The position numbers and the translations under genes are program-made. This document shows, one piece after another, positions 23,617 to 36,288 of a DNA stretch of 64,000 bases. The first letter of the stretch is position 1. Each line of letters opens with the position of its first letter. The notes beneath the pieces are model-generated. The model was not told the origin of the DNA, searched no databases, and worked only from the letters and a program-made list of their open reading frames with translations. The stretch is from Trichodelitschia bisporula (taxonomy: Eukaryota): assembly GCA_010356995.1 (NCBI GenBank), contig ML996693.1, forward strand, positions 496,001-560,000, in the 5' to 3' direction.

Positions 23617-26600
23617 ATGGTTCGTAAGCAGCAGAAGCGCATTTCCTATGGTCAGTTGCTGCATCTCATCATTCTAAAGCCAGCGCTCATCGTAATGGTG
23701 CCGTAGTCTTACCCCTTGCGAATTCCACCGTAGGCCATCGCCTCGGCGTGAATGGCTTGGCCGTGGATTCTTACGGCTCCATCCTGTACGTAGACCCCGT
23801 CCTCCCCCCCCAAAAGACCGCAACTGAATGCGACAGCTACTCCGGCGGACGAGACGGCGTCATTTGCGCATGGGACTTGAATCTCGATCTCAACCCTTCC
23901 GACGGCCGCAGCCGCCATTCATCACTGACCGGCGATGAGCTCGCGAAGAATCCACCGCCAACGGCACTGAAGCAGCAGGTCCAGGCGCACACACATTGGA
24001 TAAACGACATTGTCCTCGTAAAATCGAATGAGGCACTCGTGTCGGCATCGTCGGACATCACGGTCAAGCTCTGGCGACCGGCGGCGCATGACGTGCAGCG
24101 GCCGCAGACCATCGGACTACATGGAGACTACGTCAAGTGTCTAGCCTCGTCAGGCCTACAGAATTGGGTAGCATCCGGGGGCTTGGACAGGAAGATATGT
24201 CTTTGGGATCTGAATGGTGCGGGGCAGCAGCTGCAGATCAATGTTGGCGAGGACGAGAACACGGCCAAGGGCTCCGTGTACGCGCTTGCGGCTACACCTA
24301 CAATGATTGCGAGCGGGGGTCCGGAGAGCATCGTGAGAATTTGGGATCCTCGTTCTGGAAAGCGCATTACGAAGTTTGTTGGACATACGGATAATATTCG
24401 CGATGTACTCATTGCGCAGGACGGGGACACGGTAATGACGGCTTCGTCTGATCAGACAGTCAAAGTTTGGTCGATGACGGCTGGCCGTTGCATGTATACG
24501 CTGACCATGCACAATGACAGCGTCTGGTCGCTGTACTCGGACCACCCGCAATTGTCAGTCTTTTATTCGAGCGACCGCTCGGGGTTGGTCGCGAAGACGG
24601 ACACCAGAGGCTGCTCGGAGATGGACGAAGGTCTGTCGGTCGCCATCTGTCAAGAGCACGAGGGCGTCAACAGGGTGGTCAACGCGGCAGACTACATTTG
24701 GACTGCCACATCCAGTTCCAGCATCAATCGGTGGAGAGACGTCGATACGGATGCCGAAGTCACGGTCCCTGATTCGTACACCTTTCGACGTATTAGCGTC
24801 GCGACGACGAAGTCTCGAATACCATCACCACCAAACTACTACAGCCCAACACCACCGCGGGGTCAAAAGCAGATTCCATTCAAGTATACGCTCAGACTAT
24901 CAAATACCGCGCCGTTCCCGGTTCACCGCCTCCGGGAAGAAACGGCGACCATCTATTCTGGGACGAGTATGAGAAAGGCATCTGAAGGTATTACAAGTGA
25001 CGATATGTCTCAAGGAGTGCCGATACACAGCCTGCCTGAGTATACCATCGAGGGACAGCACGGGCTGATCAAGCACGTCATGCTCAACGACCGAAGACGA
25101 GTATTGACTGTAGATACCGCAGGGGAGGTTACTATGTGGGATCTGATAAAGGTAAGTCTCCCCGTTATTGAAGGCACCTCTGACGTCCAAAGTGTATTCC
25201 TGTGAAATCTTTTGGCAAGCGCCACTTGGATGCCGTGTTCGCCCAGGTCAATACCGCCGAGACCATTGCGCATTGGTGCGCCGTAGATACCCGCACTGGG
25301 AGCTTGACCTGTACTCTGGAAGAGAACAACTGCTTCGATGCCGAGATGTACGCAGATGACGCGGAATTAGAGGAGAATGCCGAATTCAGGGAAGATCAGC
25401 GCAGTAAGTAGGTCCGTCGATTTTCCACTTGTACTAACTGTGCAGTCAACATTGGAGCTTGGATACTGCGATATCTATTTGCAAACTTAATCGATGAAGA
25501 GATCCGGCGCGATGAGATATACCGGCGCGAGCTTTTGGATGCTAAGAAAAAGGTGTTGGAACGCGCAAAAGCTCCTACCAACATCATAATCCCACCCTCA
25601 GATCTTACCAGCTGGGGCGATGCTTCCGGCCCTGCGTCGGCTTCAACACTTAGGCCGAACGGTCTCAATTTCCTCACTCCGGGCATAGGAATTGGGCTTG
25701 CGACTCCTGGACCGCCGCAGCTGCAAACGCCGGGATTGCCGCCCGGTACTCCCGGGGAAGGCGAAGAGAGACATGCTCGGACATCAGGAGACAAGGCACG
25801 GTTCGGTGGTGACTACTTCACGTCTCAACAGGGCGCGAATGCGGCACATCCGGGCGCGACGCAGGCCGGTACGACACAGGCAGGTTCGGCAGCAGCGCCA
25901 CCTCCGACCCCTGGGGGTGACGGCACAGGGCAGACATTCCTTGTACCACCAACACCATCTGAGCCAGCGGTGCAGTCTTTAGATCCTGAAAAAGAGGGCC
26001 AAGAGAAAGGCAGGTTCGGAATGTCGAGGCTCCGCATGAATTTTGGCATGAAGAGCCTCAAAAAGACACAGACTTCAGACTCTACCAAGCCCGTAGTGGC
26101 AGAGGCACCGTCCGAGGATTCCGATTCGCGGTCATCGAAGACTGAGGAGGTCGTCATCGAGCCGAACTTCCTTGGCACCATCCAGCGCATCCGCCAAAGG
26201 TACGAGCAGGACTTGAACGCTCAAGTAAATGACGATGTAGAGACTCCGGAACTGGAGTCTCACATTACGCCCAGCTTGCCGAACGAGACGCCGGTTCTCA
26301 AGCCGCCGCCGAACACGACAATTTTGATCCAGGAGGATCGCATCGACTCCGGCGGAGTCGCGGACTTGTTCGAAGGCACTGTCGGCAACGTCGGACAGCA
26401 CGCCGATTTGGTCGAAAAAGTGGCTCCAACGTGGCTCGGAGACCTCCTGCTTAGGGTAAGTGCTGTTCTTCCCCCTAGTTCTTCCCTAACCTTTGACAGA
26501 ACGAGAGGGTCCCCAAGGATATTGTTAAAATCTCCTTCGTCCTCGAACCTATCCAGGGCCTGCTCCCGGATGTGTCCAACGAGAAGTGAGTTTTCATCTT

Positions 26601-27099
26601 CCGTCTTTGTTTCGTACTCATCTCATGTCGTAGCAACCCCCGCCTCAACGCGACCCGCATGCTTCGCGCGCGCAAGGTCCTCGCCTACATCGCCGAACGC
26701 ATCGAGCCGGTCCCCGAAACTCCTGATCCTAACGCGTTGAAGCCGGAGCAGTATCTCGAACTGTACTGTCAGAACCAGGTTCGATCTTCGACTCTCTCCG
26801 TCTGTTTAGCTGCTAACCACGCCCAGCTGATACCCCCGACCATGACGCTCGCGACCATCCGCGCCCACGTTTGGCGCGGCGGCGGCGACATTATCCTGTC
26901 GTACAAGGCCAATGGCCGCAAGGAGATCCAGCACGCTCCGCTGGCAGCTGCGCAGATTGCCTTCCAGGAAACTCCCGCCAAGGGTACCGCCAGCTTTACG
27001 GGCAGCCACCGGAGCCAGCGCAGTCAGGGCAGCCAGGATCAGTACTGGACCGGTGAGGACCGACGGGCAGCGGGCGAGCGCGAGAAGGGACGGTACTAG
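23617..27099 (+). CDS. WDR48: WD40 + DUF3337 deubiquitinase activator, WDR48/UAF1 (yeast Duf1, S. pombe Bun107-like), 6 introns
   Basis: [94 protein letters not shown]. Intron donors near 23651, 25152, 25403, 26456, 26586 and 26779. Confidence 0.9.
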
Positions 27100-27179
27100 T
27101 GCTTTGTCGTTAGGTTCTTTGGCGCGGAGTAATGAGTACATGAGTGTATGATACATGTTGGCCTACATGCGTGACCGAT

Positions 27180-28134
27180 CTATAGCGGCTTCACCACCTC
27201 GCCGCTGAGCTTATTGCTCGCCCACTGGTAGCTCCCTAGGAAAATCGCCCCCCCGCCCGATATCCACAGCACCCGCGGCCCGATCCCCGCAAACAGCGCC
27301 CGCGCCCCACTCTCCTTGACTATCCGCGCCAGCATCTCCGCCGCCCCAACCCTTTCCCTCGATAGCATCAACCGCGTCTTAAGCACATCAAGCGGCGTCG
27401 TAACCCCCGCCGCCACCGCGCCGCTCACACTCCCATACAACGCCGATTCCGCCGCGCCCACATCCCCCGCCCGCCCACTTCGCCGCAGCGACCACGCCTT
27501 CAGGCCCTCCCAGAGCGGGAACTGGATCACTGTGAACGGGACCTCGCGCATGATCGTCACGCCCCACCCGCGGTACAGCTCGCGCCACACCCCCGCGATG
27601 CCCGCCGTCCCGTACCGGCCCAGGATGTCGCGCAGCGCAGCCGCGCTGCTAGGGAACTGCACCGCCTGCGCGCGCTGCTTGACCACCTCTGTCGGCACAC
27701 GCACAGCGCACGCCGCGATCTCACCTGCCGTGGCCGCAGCCATGTGGATCAGTGGCTCTGCCGCTGGACTCGGGGGCGCGGCATAGGGGGTGCCGGTGGC
27801 AGTGTATGCGGGCTTGGGTCGGGCGAGAGCGCGCTTGGTGGTGTCGTAGGTGACGAAGAAGAGGGCGGCTCCGGGGGCGGAGCCGACGACTGCGGACCCG
27901 ATGCCCCGGTATATGCCGGTGAAGCCGCCGGAGGGGAAGAAGCCGGCGCTGGATTGGAGGCGGGTTTTTAGGGTGTCGATGGGGTAGAGGGAGAGGTCGA
28001 CTGTTGTGCCTGCTAGGGCGCCGGCCTTTGGGGGGGAGGTTAGGATTTTGGGCTGGGGAGGGGGATGGGAAGGGACATACCAGGAGCGAGCGGAGGAAGG
28101 GTGACTCAGCCCATTGTTTTGGTGGGCTGGACAT
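27180..28134 (-). CDS. PET8: Mitochondrial S-adenosylmethionine carrier (SLC25A26), 1 intron
   Basis: Three carrier signatures (PIDTLKTRLQ, PTEVVKQRAQ, PLDVLKTRLM) plus REVPFTVIQFPLWE and PRVLWISGGGAIFLG. Exon 1 is MSSPPKQWAESPFLRSLL; intron 28026-28080. Confidence 0.92.
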
Positions 28135-29222
28135 GCTGGTGTTATGAGCAATGCATTATGGTGAGCTCTGAGCTGCGCACGCGGAGGTGAAGCGGGACCT
28201 CAAAAAGTTGAGTTACACGTGACTGATAGCTCTCCCGATGTGTTTAACGTCATGTCATTCACCTCATGCCATACAAGCGTAAAATTCAGCGGATGAACGA
28301 CAATTCCTCCTTCGGTCGATATATCGTCGCCAACCGCCCGTTTCTGTCAAGACAGACCGTGTGGCAATCTACAGCATATGCTGGCGTTCCTTGTCAGGAC
28401 GGCTGGACAACGACTCTGAAATTCCTCGCCGATTGAGGACTTCCTGTCTTTACTGTTCCTGGCTAGCAGCATTGTGGCATTGTATACTTTATCAGCTGCT
28501 TTGGTCTGAAGAACTTACTCACGTCACATCCACAGCAATTTCCTCAAGCTCAAAGCACATTCACGCGAACCTGGGACCTAACGGCAGTCCAATGATCGCG
28601 AACGTCTCAACTCCCGGGAAGCCAGAGTCTCAAACGCATCGTTCTCCTCTTTGAACTTCTTTCACGAAGATATTTAGGCATCGTTTCTTCTCTTGCCAGT
28701 GAATGGCTCTTGACTCTTTAAAGCCGCTTGAATCCCGCCCATTTGATGCCAAGCCATGCCTCTCGCCATGTCGTCTTGTCTCTCTCCTACGCAATACTTC
28801 AGAGTCGCTGCCTGAGAGAAGAAGAAGAAGGTAGCCATCGAAGGGTAGAAGAGTTAGGGAAGCCACAAGGAAGCATCTTGGTTAGCAGTTTCCCCCACCT
28901 CCAGGCCCGATACTGCATCACGTGTTGTCGCGTTTGCTCGACCATTTTTACTTCTCGAGACAGCAACGCGTTCATCACGTCTACATATCAACTTCTGCAT
29001 CTTTAACTCAGCTTTTGGATGCATCCGTCGGACTCCACCACTACCTTCACTCTAGGGCTTATCACCGCCCTTCTCGTAAGTCATCCATAGATCATTCCTC
29101 ACGGAACACCGATTCGCTTCCATAATTGATGATTACTTCTCTGACAAAACCTGTGCCAGTGAATAAAGGCTGGCATGATAGAGACCAAGGTCATTTAACC
29201 GTCAATCAATTAAGATTCAATC

Positions 29223-30697
29223 ATGAGCTTCGATCTCTCATTATCTGCCGCGGAGGCGTTCCTGCCCGAAGCGCCGCCATCCAATCCAGCCTTTTATGGC
29301 TCTACCCACGCGCGGTCACGCGATTCTGTTCGCTGGTACGTTATTGTAGATGCATGCCACTCTCGTACTCAATTTCTGCAGGACCCCGACCAACCATATC
29401 CTCTCGACAACCGCGCATAATGAGATTCGACTCCTTGGTCCGTAAGTTGAGAACTCGCTAGAGCTTGAAGATCGTCTGCTTATATTTGCAGATCTGGAGA
29501 CATCGGTGAACTTAAGGATGTCTCGGAGATTCGGAGTAGTGAACCCATCTACGCATGTGAGCCTTGTCCAATCTTAACAGAGTACGAAAATGCTGTGTTC
29601 CTATACTCCGCTAGAGAGCACCACATTCAACTGAGGAATGCGTACGATCCTGAAATGGGGCTTGTAGCCAGTTATCGCTACACCAACCCGACCACGGAGG
29701 CGTTCATGAGCCCGAGAAGTCTTTGCTTTACTCCAGACGGCTTTCACTTTCTCGCCGGGGCAAAAAACGAGATCGCACTCTTCGACCTCAAGGACCAATT
29801 CAATCCCGTTAGCACCTACGTTACGGGTGGACGGAACAGATCCATGCATATGGGTGGACTTCCAACCGGTGTACGTGGACTGGTTACGGCAATCGCCTGC
29901 CAGGAACAGACTTTCGCCATCGGAACTTTCGAACGTCACGTCGGCCTGTACGACATGCGGAGTATGGGACCGATTGTCAACTTCACCTTAGATGTTCCCA
30001 GCCGGCAGGAGACGAATGGACGTGGCGTATCCCAAATCAAATGGAGCCCGTGCGGGAATTTTCTCTACCTGGCTGAGCGCTGTAGCGACGGTATCTGCGT
30101 GATGGACGTTCGTTCCGGCGGTCAGTTGATTAGCTGGCTGGCAGGGCGGCGTGCAGGGACCATGATGCGTCTGGAGTTCGACGTTGTTCCCACCAGCGAT
30201 GGCCATGAAGTCTGGGCTGGCGGTGTTGATGGGAAGCTGAGGGTGTGGTCAAATCCCCATCGCGGCACCGGTAGCCAGACGTTTTCATCCACGTGCCAGA
30301 TGTTTGAAGACAACGGTAAGATTCTTCCAATGGGTTGCAGACAGCACTGACAGTTTGTAGTCCCGGTTTCATCTGTGGCATTCGACAACGGCGAGACACT
30401 GATGGCGGTGACTCGGGGGGTTGACCCATTCAATACGTTTGCGCAGTACGTAAACCGAAGACCGTGCCAGTTCTCATCTCACATTTTGACAGGGATTCAG
30501 ATAAAGACAGTTCATCCGACGCTGGTTATCCAGCTGCCTCTACCGAACCGACTTTCACTCGTCGTACTGGGCCCCCAGGCGACGAGCTGCTTGAAAACCT
30601 AACTGCAGGATTTGGGAGCTTGAACTTACCATCTGGAGGCGCACTGTGCCGACCCAACTCTCGGGTCAACGTTTGTGAGGTGCAGCGGCAGCTGTAG
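29223..30697 (+). CDS. WD40 protein of the TCAB1/WRAP53/Swt21 family, 4 introns
   Basis: Introns 29336-29381, 29442-29491, 30316-30360 and 30446-30492 give one continuous frame. It contains SEPIYA, FLYSAREHHIQL, LVASYR..EAFMSPRSLCFTPDG, GVSQIKWSPCGNFLYLAER and VWAGGVDGKLRVW, matching the TCAB1 motif order. Confidence 0.78.
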
Positions 30698-31314
30698 GGT
30701 ACTTGTGTCACATTGGACATTCGTTGCATGGGGCGGCGTTACTGACAAGCGGTGATGGTATCTGTTCGATCCCAGTAGTCACAATCGGCGTTATGTAAGC
30801 TGACAGCTTTACCTGAGAGACGCTTCAGTCTAGTTCTAGAATCCGTGAATATGCTCAAATAGCCATGATTCGTGGTATGAATCATGAATCGAACGTCTAT
30901 AGTCAGGCCCCAAGGCCAAGAACAAGGCATCCACTTGTAGGAACGACGTCTCTCGAGGCGCAACTCCAACATCTTCCCTAACCTCACATCAGTGCCATGT
31001 AGACCAGTGGTAGCTTCTTCTTAACTCCAAAAGTTGAAACGCACCGCTCCCATCTTAAACTGATTGGACAGTGCGCCCTCTAATCCAACCACCAGCGCTT
31101 GTATGCGGGGTTGCGGTTGTTGATCTCCGCCCGCCTCCGCACTTGACGAACATTAAACCTTGCTCCGCCTCGTCTTACACCGAGATCCCCACGACCAACG
31201 TCGGCACTTACCTCGGCCGCGGGCCAGCCCGCAAGCCATAATGGACGTACCACCGGCCAACCGAGCGACATCAAGCACACCAAGCCCATCTCCATCGTAG
31301 CTCCATCCATCACT

Positions 31315-33188
31315 ATGGCACCCTCAGCACGTCCCATCCGTATCGCCGGCTGCTCCGGCTCAACCTCCGACCGCCGCCACGCAATGCGAGTCTTCGCGAA
31401 AAACCACCCGCAGGACCCAATCGACGTCATCATCGGCGACTGGATGTCAGAAGCCAACATGACCGCGCGGGCTGTCGCTAAGGTCGACGGCGCAGGCGAG
31501 GCTTACGAGCCTACCTTCCTCGAGGCCCTGGAGCCTGCATTGCCGGACCTGGCACGGTATGGCATCAAGGTTGCGGTTAATGCGGGCGCGTCGGATGCAA
31601 GGGGCTTGTGTGAGGTGGTGAGGAAGATGGTGCATGCGAAGGGATTGAAGCTGAGTGTGGCATGGGTGGAGGGGGATGAGGTTCTTGATGCGGTGAGGGC
31701 GGCGCAGAAGAGCGGCGAAGTGGCCTTTGAGAATGTGTGTACGGGCGAAGTGCTGCGCGATTGGGGCTTTGAGCCCGTGTACGCGCAGGCGTATCTGGGT
31801 GGGCTGGGGATCGCGGCGGCGCTGGCTCGGGGGGCGGATATCGTCGTTTGTGGGCGCGTGTCGGATGCGTCGCCTGTGATCGGGGCGGCGGTATGGTGGC
31901 ACGGATGGAAGAGCGGGGATCTGGATCAGCTCGCGAATGCGTTTGTTGCGGGGCATTTGATCGAGTGCTCGAACTACGTGTGCGGGGGCAATTTCAGCGG
32001 GTTTAAGGCGCTGGAGGGCCGCGGGTGGGATGATATCGGGTATCCGATTGCGGAGATTGGAGCCGATGGCCAGATTATCATCACGATGCAGAAGGGCGGC
32101 GGAGGCGAGGTCTCGGTTGATACATGCACCTCGCAGCTGCTCTACGAGATCCAGGGCCCATGGTACTTCAACTCCGACGTTACGGCAATCCTCGACGAGC
32201 TCTGGTTCGAACAGCTCAGTACCAACCGCGTCGCACTGCACGGCGTCAAGTCCGGGCCTCCGCCGCCTACAACTAAAGTTGGCCTTACCGCAAGGGGCGG
32301 CTTCCAAGCCGAAGTTCACTGGTTTATGGTCGGGCTGGACATCGACGCCAAAGCCCGGATGGTCGAATCTCAAATCCGGAAAGAGCTCGCGCCGTACTCC
32401 TCGCGCTTCACCAAGCTCACCTTCACGCAGAACGGCACATCGCCCCCTAATCCGACGAATCAAAACGCCGCCACTGTCGACTTCCGTATCTTCGCCCAGG
32501 CACCCACGGCTGCTGATCTGGCGCCTACGCGCTTCTTCCGCCACTGTATCGATCCTATCATGGAGGGGTACCCTGGGGCGACGCCGCATCTTGATTATAG
32601 GCAGGGGTTTCCGAAGGTTGTGCATGAGTATTTTGTCACGCTGCTCCCGCAGAAGGCAGTGCAGCATTGCGTGCACCTTGAGGGCGGTGAGAGAATTGAG
32701 ATTCCGCCGCCGGAGGTGACGCGTGTGTGGCCGCGGCGGCAGCCGAGTGCTCCGGTAACGGCGCTCCCGGCTGACCTTGCGAGCTTCGGGCCGACGGAGC
32801 GGGGTCCGCTGGGGTGGGTGGTGCACGCACGGAGCGGGGACAAGGGCAGCGACTGTAATGTGGGTTTCTGGGTACGGCGGGCGGATGAGTGGGATTGGTT
32901 ACGGACGGTGCTGAGCGTGGAGAAGATGAAGGAGTTGCTGGCGGAGGAGTATGAGGGGAAGGAAATTGTAAGTTTCTGGATTGGGGGTGATGGGACAGGG
33001 ACTCACTTTCACAGGACCGTTTTGAGCTGCCGAATGCGAGGGCGGTGCACTTTTTGCTTCGTGATCATCTGGATCGCGGTGTGAGCTGCTCTAGCTCGTT
33101 GGACTTTTTGGGGAAGAATTGTGCGGAGTTTTTGAGGGCGAGGCATGTTGATATTCCGGTTAAGTTTCTGGCGAGGGGCAAGATCTGA
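31315..33188 (+). CDS. DUF1446 / AtuA (acyclic terpene utilisation) family protein, 1 intron
   Basis: IRIAGCSGSTSDR, DVIIGDWMSE, AQAYLG, ADIVVCGRVSDAS, AGHLIEC, QLLYEIQG, HARSGDKGSDCNVG. Intron 32968-33014 is followed by DRFELPN..LDFLGKNCAEFLRAR..RGKI*. Confidence 0.92.
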
Positions 33189-34076
33189 TCTCGAGGCATG
33201 GATCTGTGTCCGTTTCACTGAAGAGCATCTGGAGCGCTAACGAAGAGGTGTGAATTTACATCGTTGCTGAATGCCGGGTAACGGGTTTTCTGTCACACCT
33301 TGAACACAACATCCTGGTTGAGGGTGATATCTTGCAGTTGCTTGGTCCCAACGCTGACCGCAAATAGCTATCATCAGTGAATGAGCTTTACTGAACTTCT
33401 AACTCCACTCACCAAACTCATAGTTCAGCCATTACCTGGCTGACTGCATACCGAGCTCCTCCATGCATGTCGGGCCTGTGACGTGCGTGAATCGTAGGTA
33501 AAGAGCACACTCTGGCTGATACACTAGTTCCCGACATACCCGTCTCATTTATGGCAGGGGTCCAAACAAGAAGTTGGCGAAGCTTCAGCTGAACAGCGGC
33601 TTAACCTATTTTACCATAGGCCGACCAATGAAACTATGTGTGGAAATGGGGTTGCAGATCTGACCTGCACGATGTTCAGCCCCACCATTCCTTTGACAGC
33701 GCAGCTGAACCTGATGGTGGAGTTATCTGGCATTGTGACCGTCCTCGATACGCGCTAATTATGTTTTTCCAAGCTGAACGTCACTAGCTAGCGCTCAGAA
33801 TAGCAGAGTATGCATCGATTTCTGGCTCTCATTGGCGTAACGTGCCGTAACTTATGCTTTTCATCCTGTCCTCGTGAACCGCGCTCAGCTTGACCTCACG
33901 GAGGTCGCTCAGCTCGACGCCAATGCCCCGCTTCAGAACGTCGTAAGTGGTATATATCAACCCCATCACTCCAGTGTCGAGCCAAATCGTATCCCCCTCA
34001 AACCCCAATCTCAACACCGATTCCTCGTCAGACTCCAATTTCAAGATATCACAAATTCCGCCTCGCATCTCTCAGC

Positions 34077-34607
34077 ATGACGGTCCCCACCACCCCCGCC
34101 TTCATCGTCCCTAACGCCACAGACTGGAAGGACCTCATCGCGCATCCCGTCATGGCGTGGATGCAAGAGTACACGCGTCGCTTCGACAAGGGCGAGATCC
34201 AAGGACTTGACTTCAACACCTTCTGTACCTCGGACCTCAAATATGAGAAGATGGACGGGACGATCTGGACCGGAGGTGAGAGGGCCTGGGACGCCGTACT
34301 CGAAACCTACGCGCCCTTCAAGGAGACGAAGCACGCGCCATCTGGCACTGTAGTTGTGTGGGAGACGGAGAAGGGCTGGGAGATGATGGGTCAGGTTACC
34401 CTCTGGGGCGACCTTAAACTCCCGGGCGACTCGCTTGTGGTCGACTCTGAGGGCCGCGCTTGGGATACTGCCGGGCCGGCTATGTTCCACTTCAAGTATG
34501 TGAAGGACCCGGAGGCGCCCCATGGCGGACTGCGCATCAGTGAATGCAAGGTGTGTGCGGATCGGGCAGGGACGTACCAGGAGATGATGAAGCGTGGAAT
34601 GGTGTAG
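34077..34607 (+). CDS. Fungal hypothetical protein, probable SnoaL/NTF2-like fold (176 aa), copy A of a tandem pair
   Basis: Intronless ORF with coding bias. The helix-then-beta-strand pattern and size fit an NTF2-like fold (inferred). Clear paralogy to 35256-35878. Confidence 0.75.
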   Translation: MTVPTTPAFIVPNATDWKDLIAHPVMAWMQEYTRRFDKGEIQGLDFNTFCTSDLKYEKMDGTIWTGGERAWDAVLETYAPFKETKHAPSGTVVVWETEKGWEMMGQVTLWGDLKLPGDSLVVDSEGRAWDTAGPAMFHFKYVKDPEAPHGGLRISECKVCADRAGTYQEMMKRGMV

Positions 34608-35255
34608 ATGTAGGGGCTGGGGAATGTTTTCTTCAGCTGTAGGGAGCTGCTACCTTCCTAGTTGAGCAAACGAAGTCGCCTTTTACTTCGCGAATTTCAT
34701 AGTCGTTGTGACTTGCTTTAAATGATAGTAGCCGTTGCCGAGATGACTGCTTTCTAAGCTGTACTACATATGTTGTCCCCAATGATAGCCCACTCCATCA
34801 AGATAAAGGTCGGCAAAGCTTCAGCAGAATGGTCGCTCAACATGCTTAACTACAGCTCAACCAAATATTTCGAGGCGAGGGCGGCGAGTTGCTGATTTCA
34901 CCGTCACATTCTTTAGCTCTACCCAGCTACGTGATGCCTTGACAGCGAGCTGAACCTAATGGTGGGATTATCTGGCTTTGTAGCTCTGCTGAAATATGAT
35001 TAGCGTTAACGTGCCGTAGCATCTGCTTTCAGTCCCCCCTCGCTTCACCTTTGCGCCAAAATCTCGGCCCTTCAGATCCCAATATCAATCCCGAATCCTC
35101 TAATCCTCATCGGCGTTGACGTGCCGAAGAGTACGCTTTCAGACCTCCCTTGCTTCAGCTTTGTATCTCGTCCCTTAAAATACCAATCTCAACCCCGATT
35201 TCTCCTGATTGCCATTTCAACACATCCCAAAGTCTGCCTCACATGACTACTCAAC

Positions 35256-35878
35256 ATGACGTTCCCCACCACCCCCACCTTCATTGTCGCCGATGCCAAA
35301 GGCTGGAAGGACCTCGTCGCGCACCCTGTTATGGCCTGGACGCAAGAGTACGTGCGGCTCTTTGATGAGGAAAATAAGCTAGACGACTACACCCCCTATC
35401 GCACCTCGAACTTCAAATACTGGGATATGGACGGAAAAATGATCAGCGGGAACAGGGCCTGGAACTACTTAATCGCGTTCTACATGCATTTCAAAGATAC
35501 CACCAAGCACGAGCCCTCCGGGCCTGTGGTGGTCTGGGAGACGGAGAAGAGCTGGGAAATGATGGGCCAGTTCGTCTTCTCGGCCACCATTTGGAACCCG
35601 GCAAAGGGAGTGCGATCGATTCCGAGGGCCGTACGTGGGATGTCAGCGAACCGGCGATGCTCCACATCAAGTACGTCAAGGATCCGGAGGCCCGGCATGG
35701 TGGACTGCGCATCGATGAGCGGAGGATGTATGTGGATCGGGCGAGAGTCTACGGGGAGATGATCAAGCAGAACATGCGCACTGCCTGGGGCCGAGAACTA
35801 GCAGAGCTCTATGGGTATTGGTTCTACGCTCCCAGGCCTGATATGGGTGAAGTGCCAAGTTCCCCTCCAGAAAACTGA
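35256..35878 (+). pseudogene. Frameshifted tandem paralog (copy B) of 34077-34607
   Basis: Frame 1 shares PTTP.FIV..WKDL.AHPVMAW.QEY and VVVWETEK.WEMMGQ with copy A. DSEGR.WD..PAM.H.KYVKDPEA.HGGLRI continues in another frame. The segment between GQ and DSEG is 47 nt versus 48 nt in copy A, i.e. a 1-nt loss near 35590. Confidence 0.75.
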
Positions 35879-36288
35879 TGACCTCCCATCCCTGGTTCAC
35901 TGGCCGTATGCCTCATCAAAAGTCGCGGGGCGGCCGGGGGGTTTATCACTTATCCGGTGCGTCCTTGGACGCCTAACATTCATTTGAGATTGTAGTAGAC
36001 GTACCCAATATCTTTTGCTAGGAGCAGTTGCTTCCAAACTTGAACAAATCAAATTGTCTTTTACCCCGCGAATGTCAGCTAATCGCCTGTGGCTTGCCTA
36101 TCCGGGACTACTGCCGTTGTGCTACAGTACCGTAGAAGGCAGTTAAGGCACAGCCTTGCCACGCATGCCGCGGTGCATGCAAGGGCTGGGCACTACCCCG
36201 CAGCCCCGCAATTCAAGCTTCCCCCAGGCACCTCTCGTAACTCCCAACAACAACTCACTGTTGCTACATCCCCCACATCACCGCAATC

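Noticed and set aside
6549..27099. REV7 + WDR48/UAF1 + RBR ligase as a DNA-damage-tolerance cluster
   Set aside because: The genes are spread over 20 kb with unrelated DNA between them; nothing in the sequence indicates functional clustering.
31447..32826. 459-aa antisense ORF (likewise 36916-37791, 39911-40603, 20982-21680)
   Set aside because: Shadow ORFs opposite real genes with GC-rich third positions; no motifs, Arg/Pro-rich composition.
34671..34690. U5 snRNA loop-1-like GCCTTTTAC in a hairpin
   Set aside because: The stem consumes part of the loop motif, there is no Sm site or U5 architecture, and it lies in a 3'UTR.
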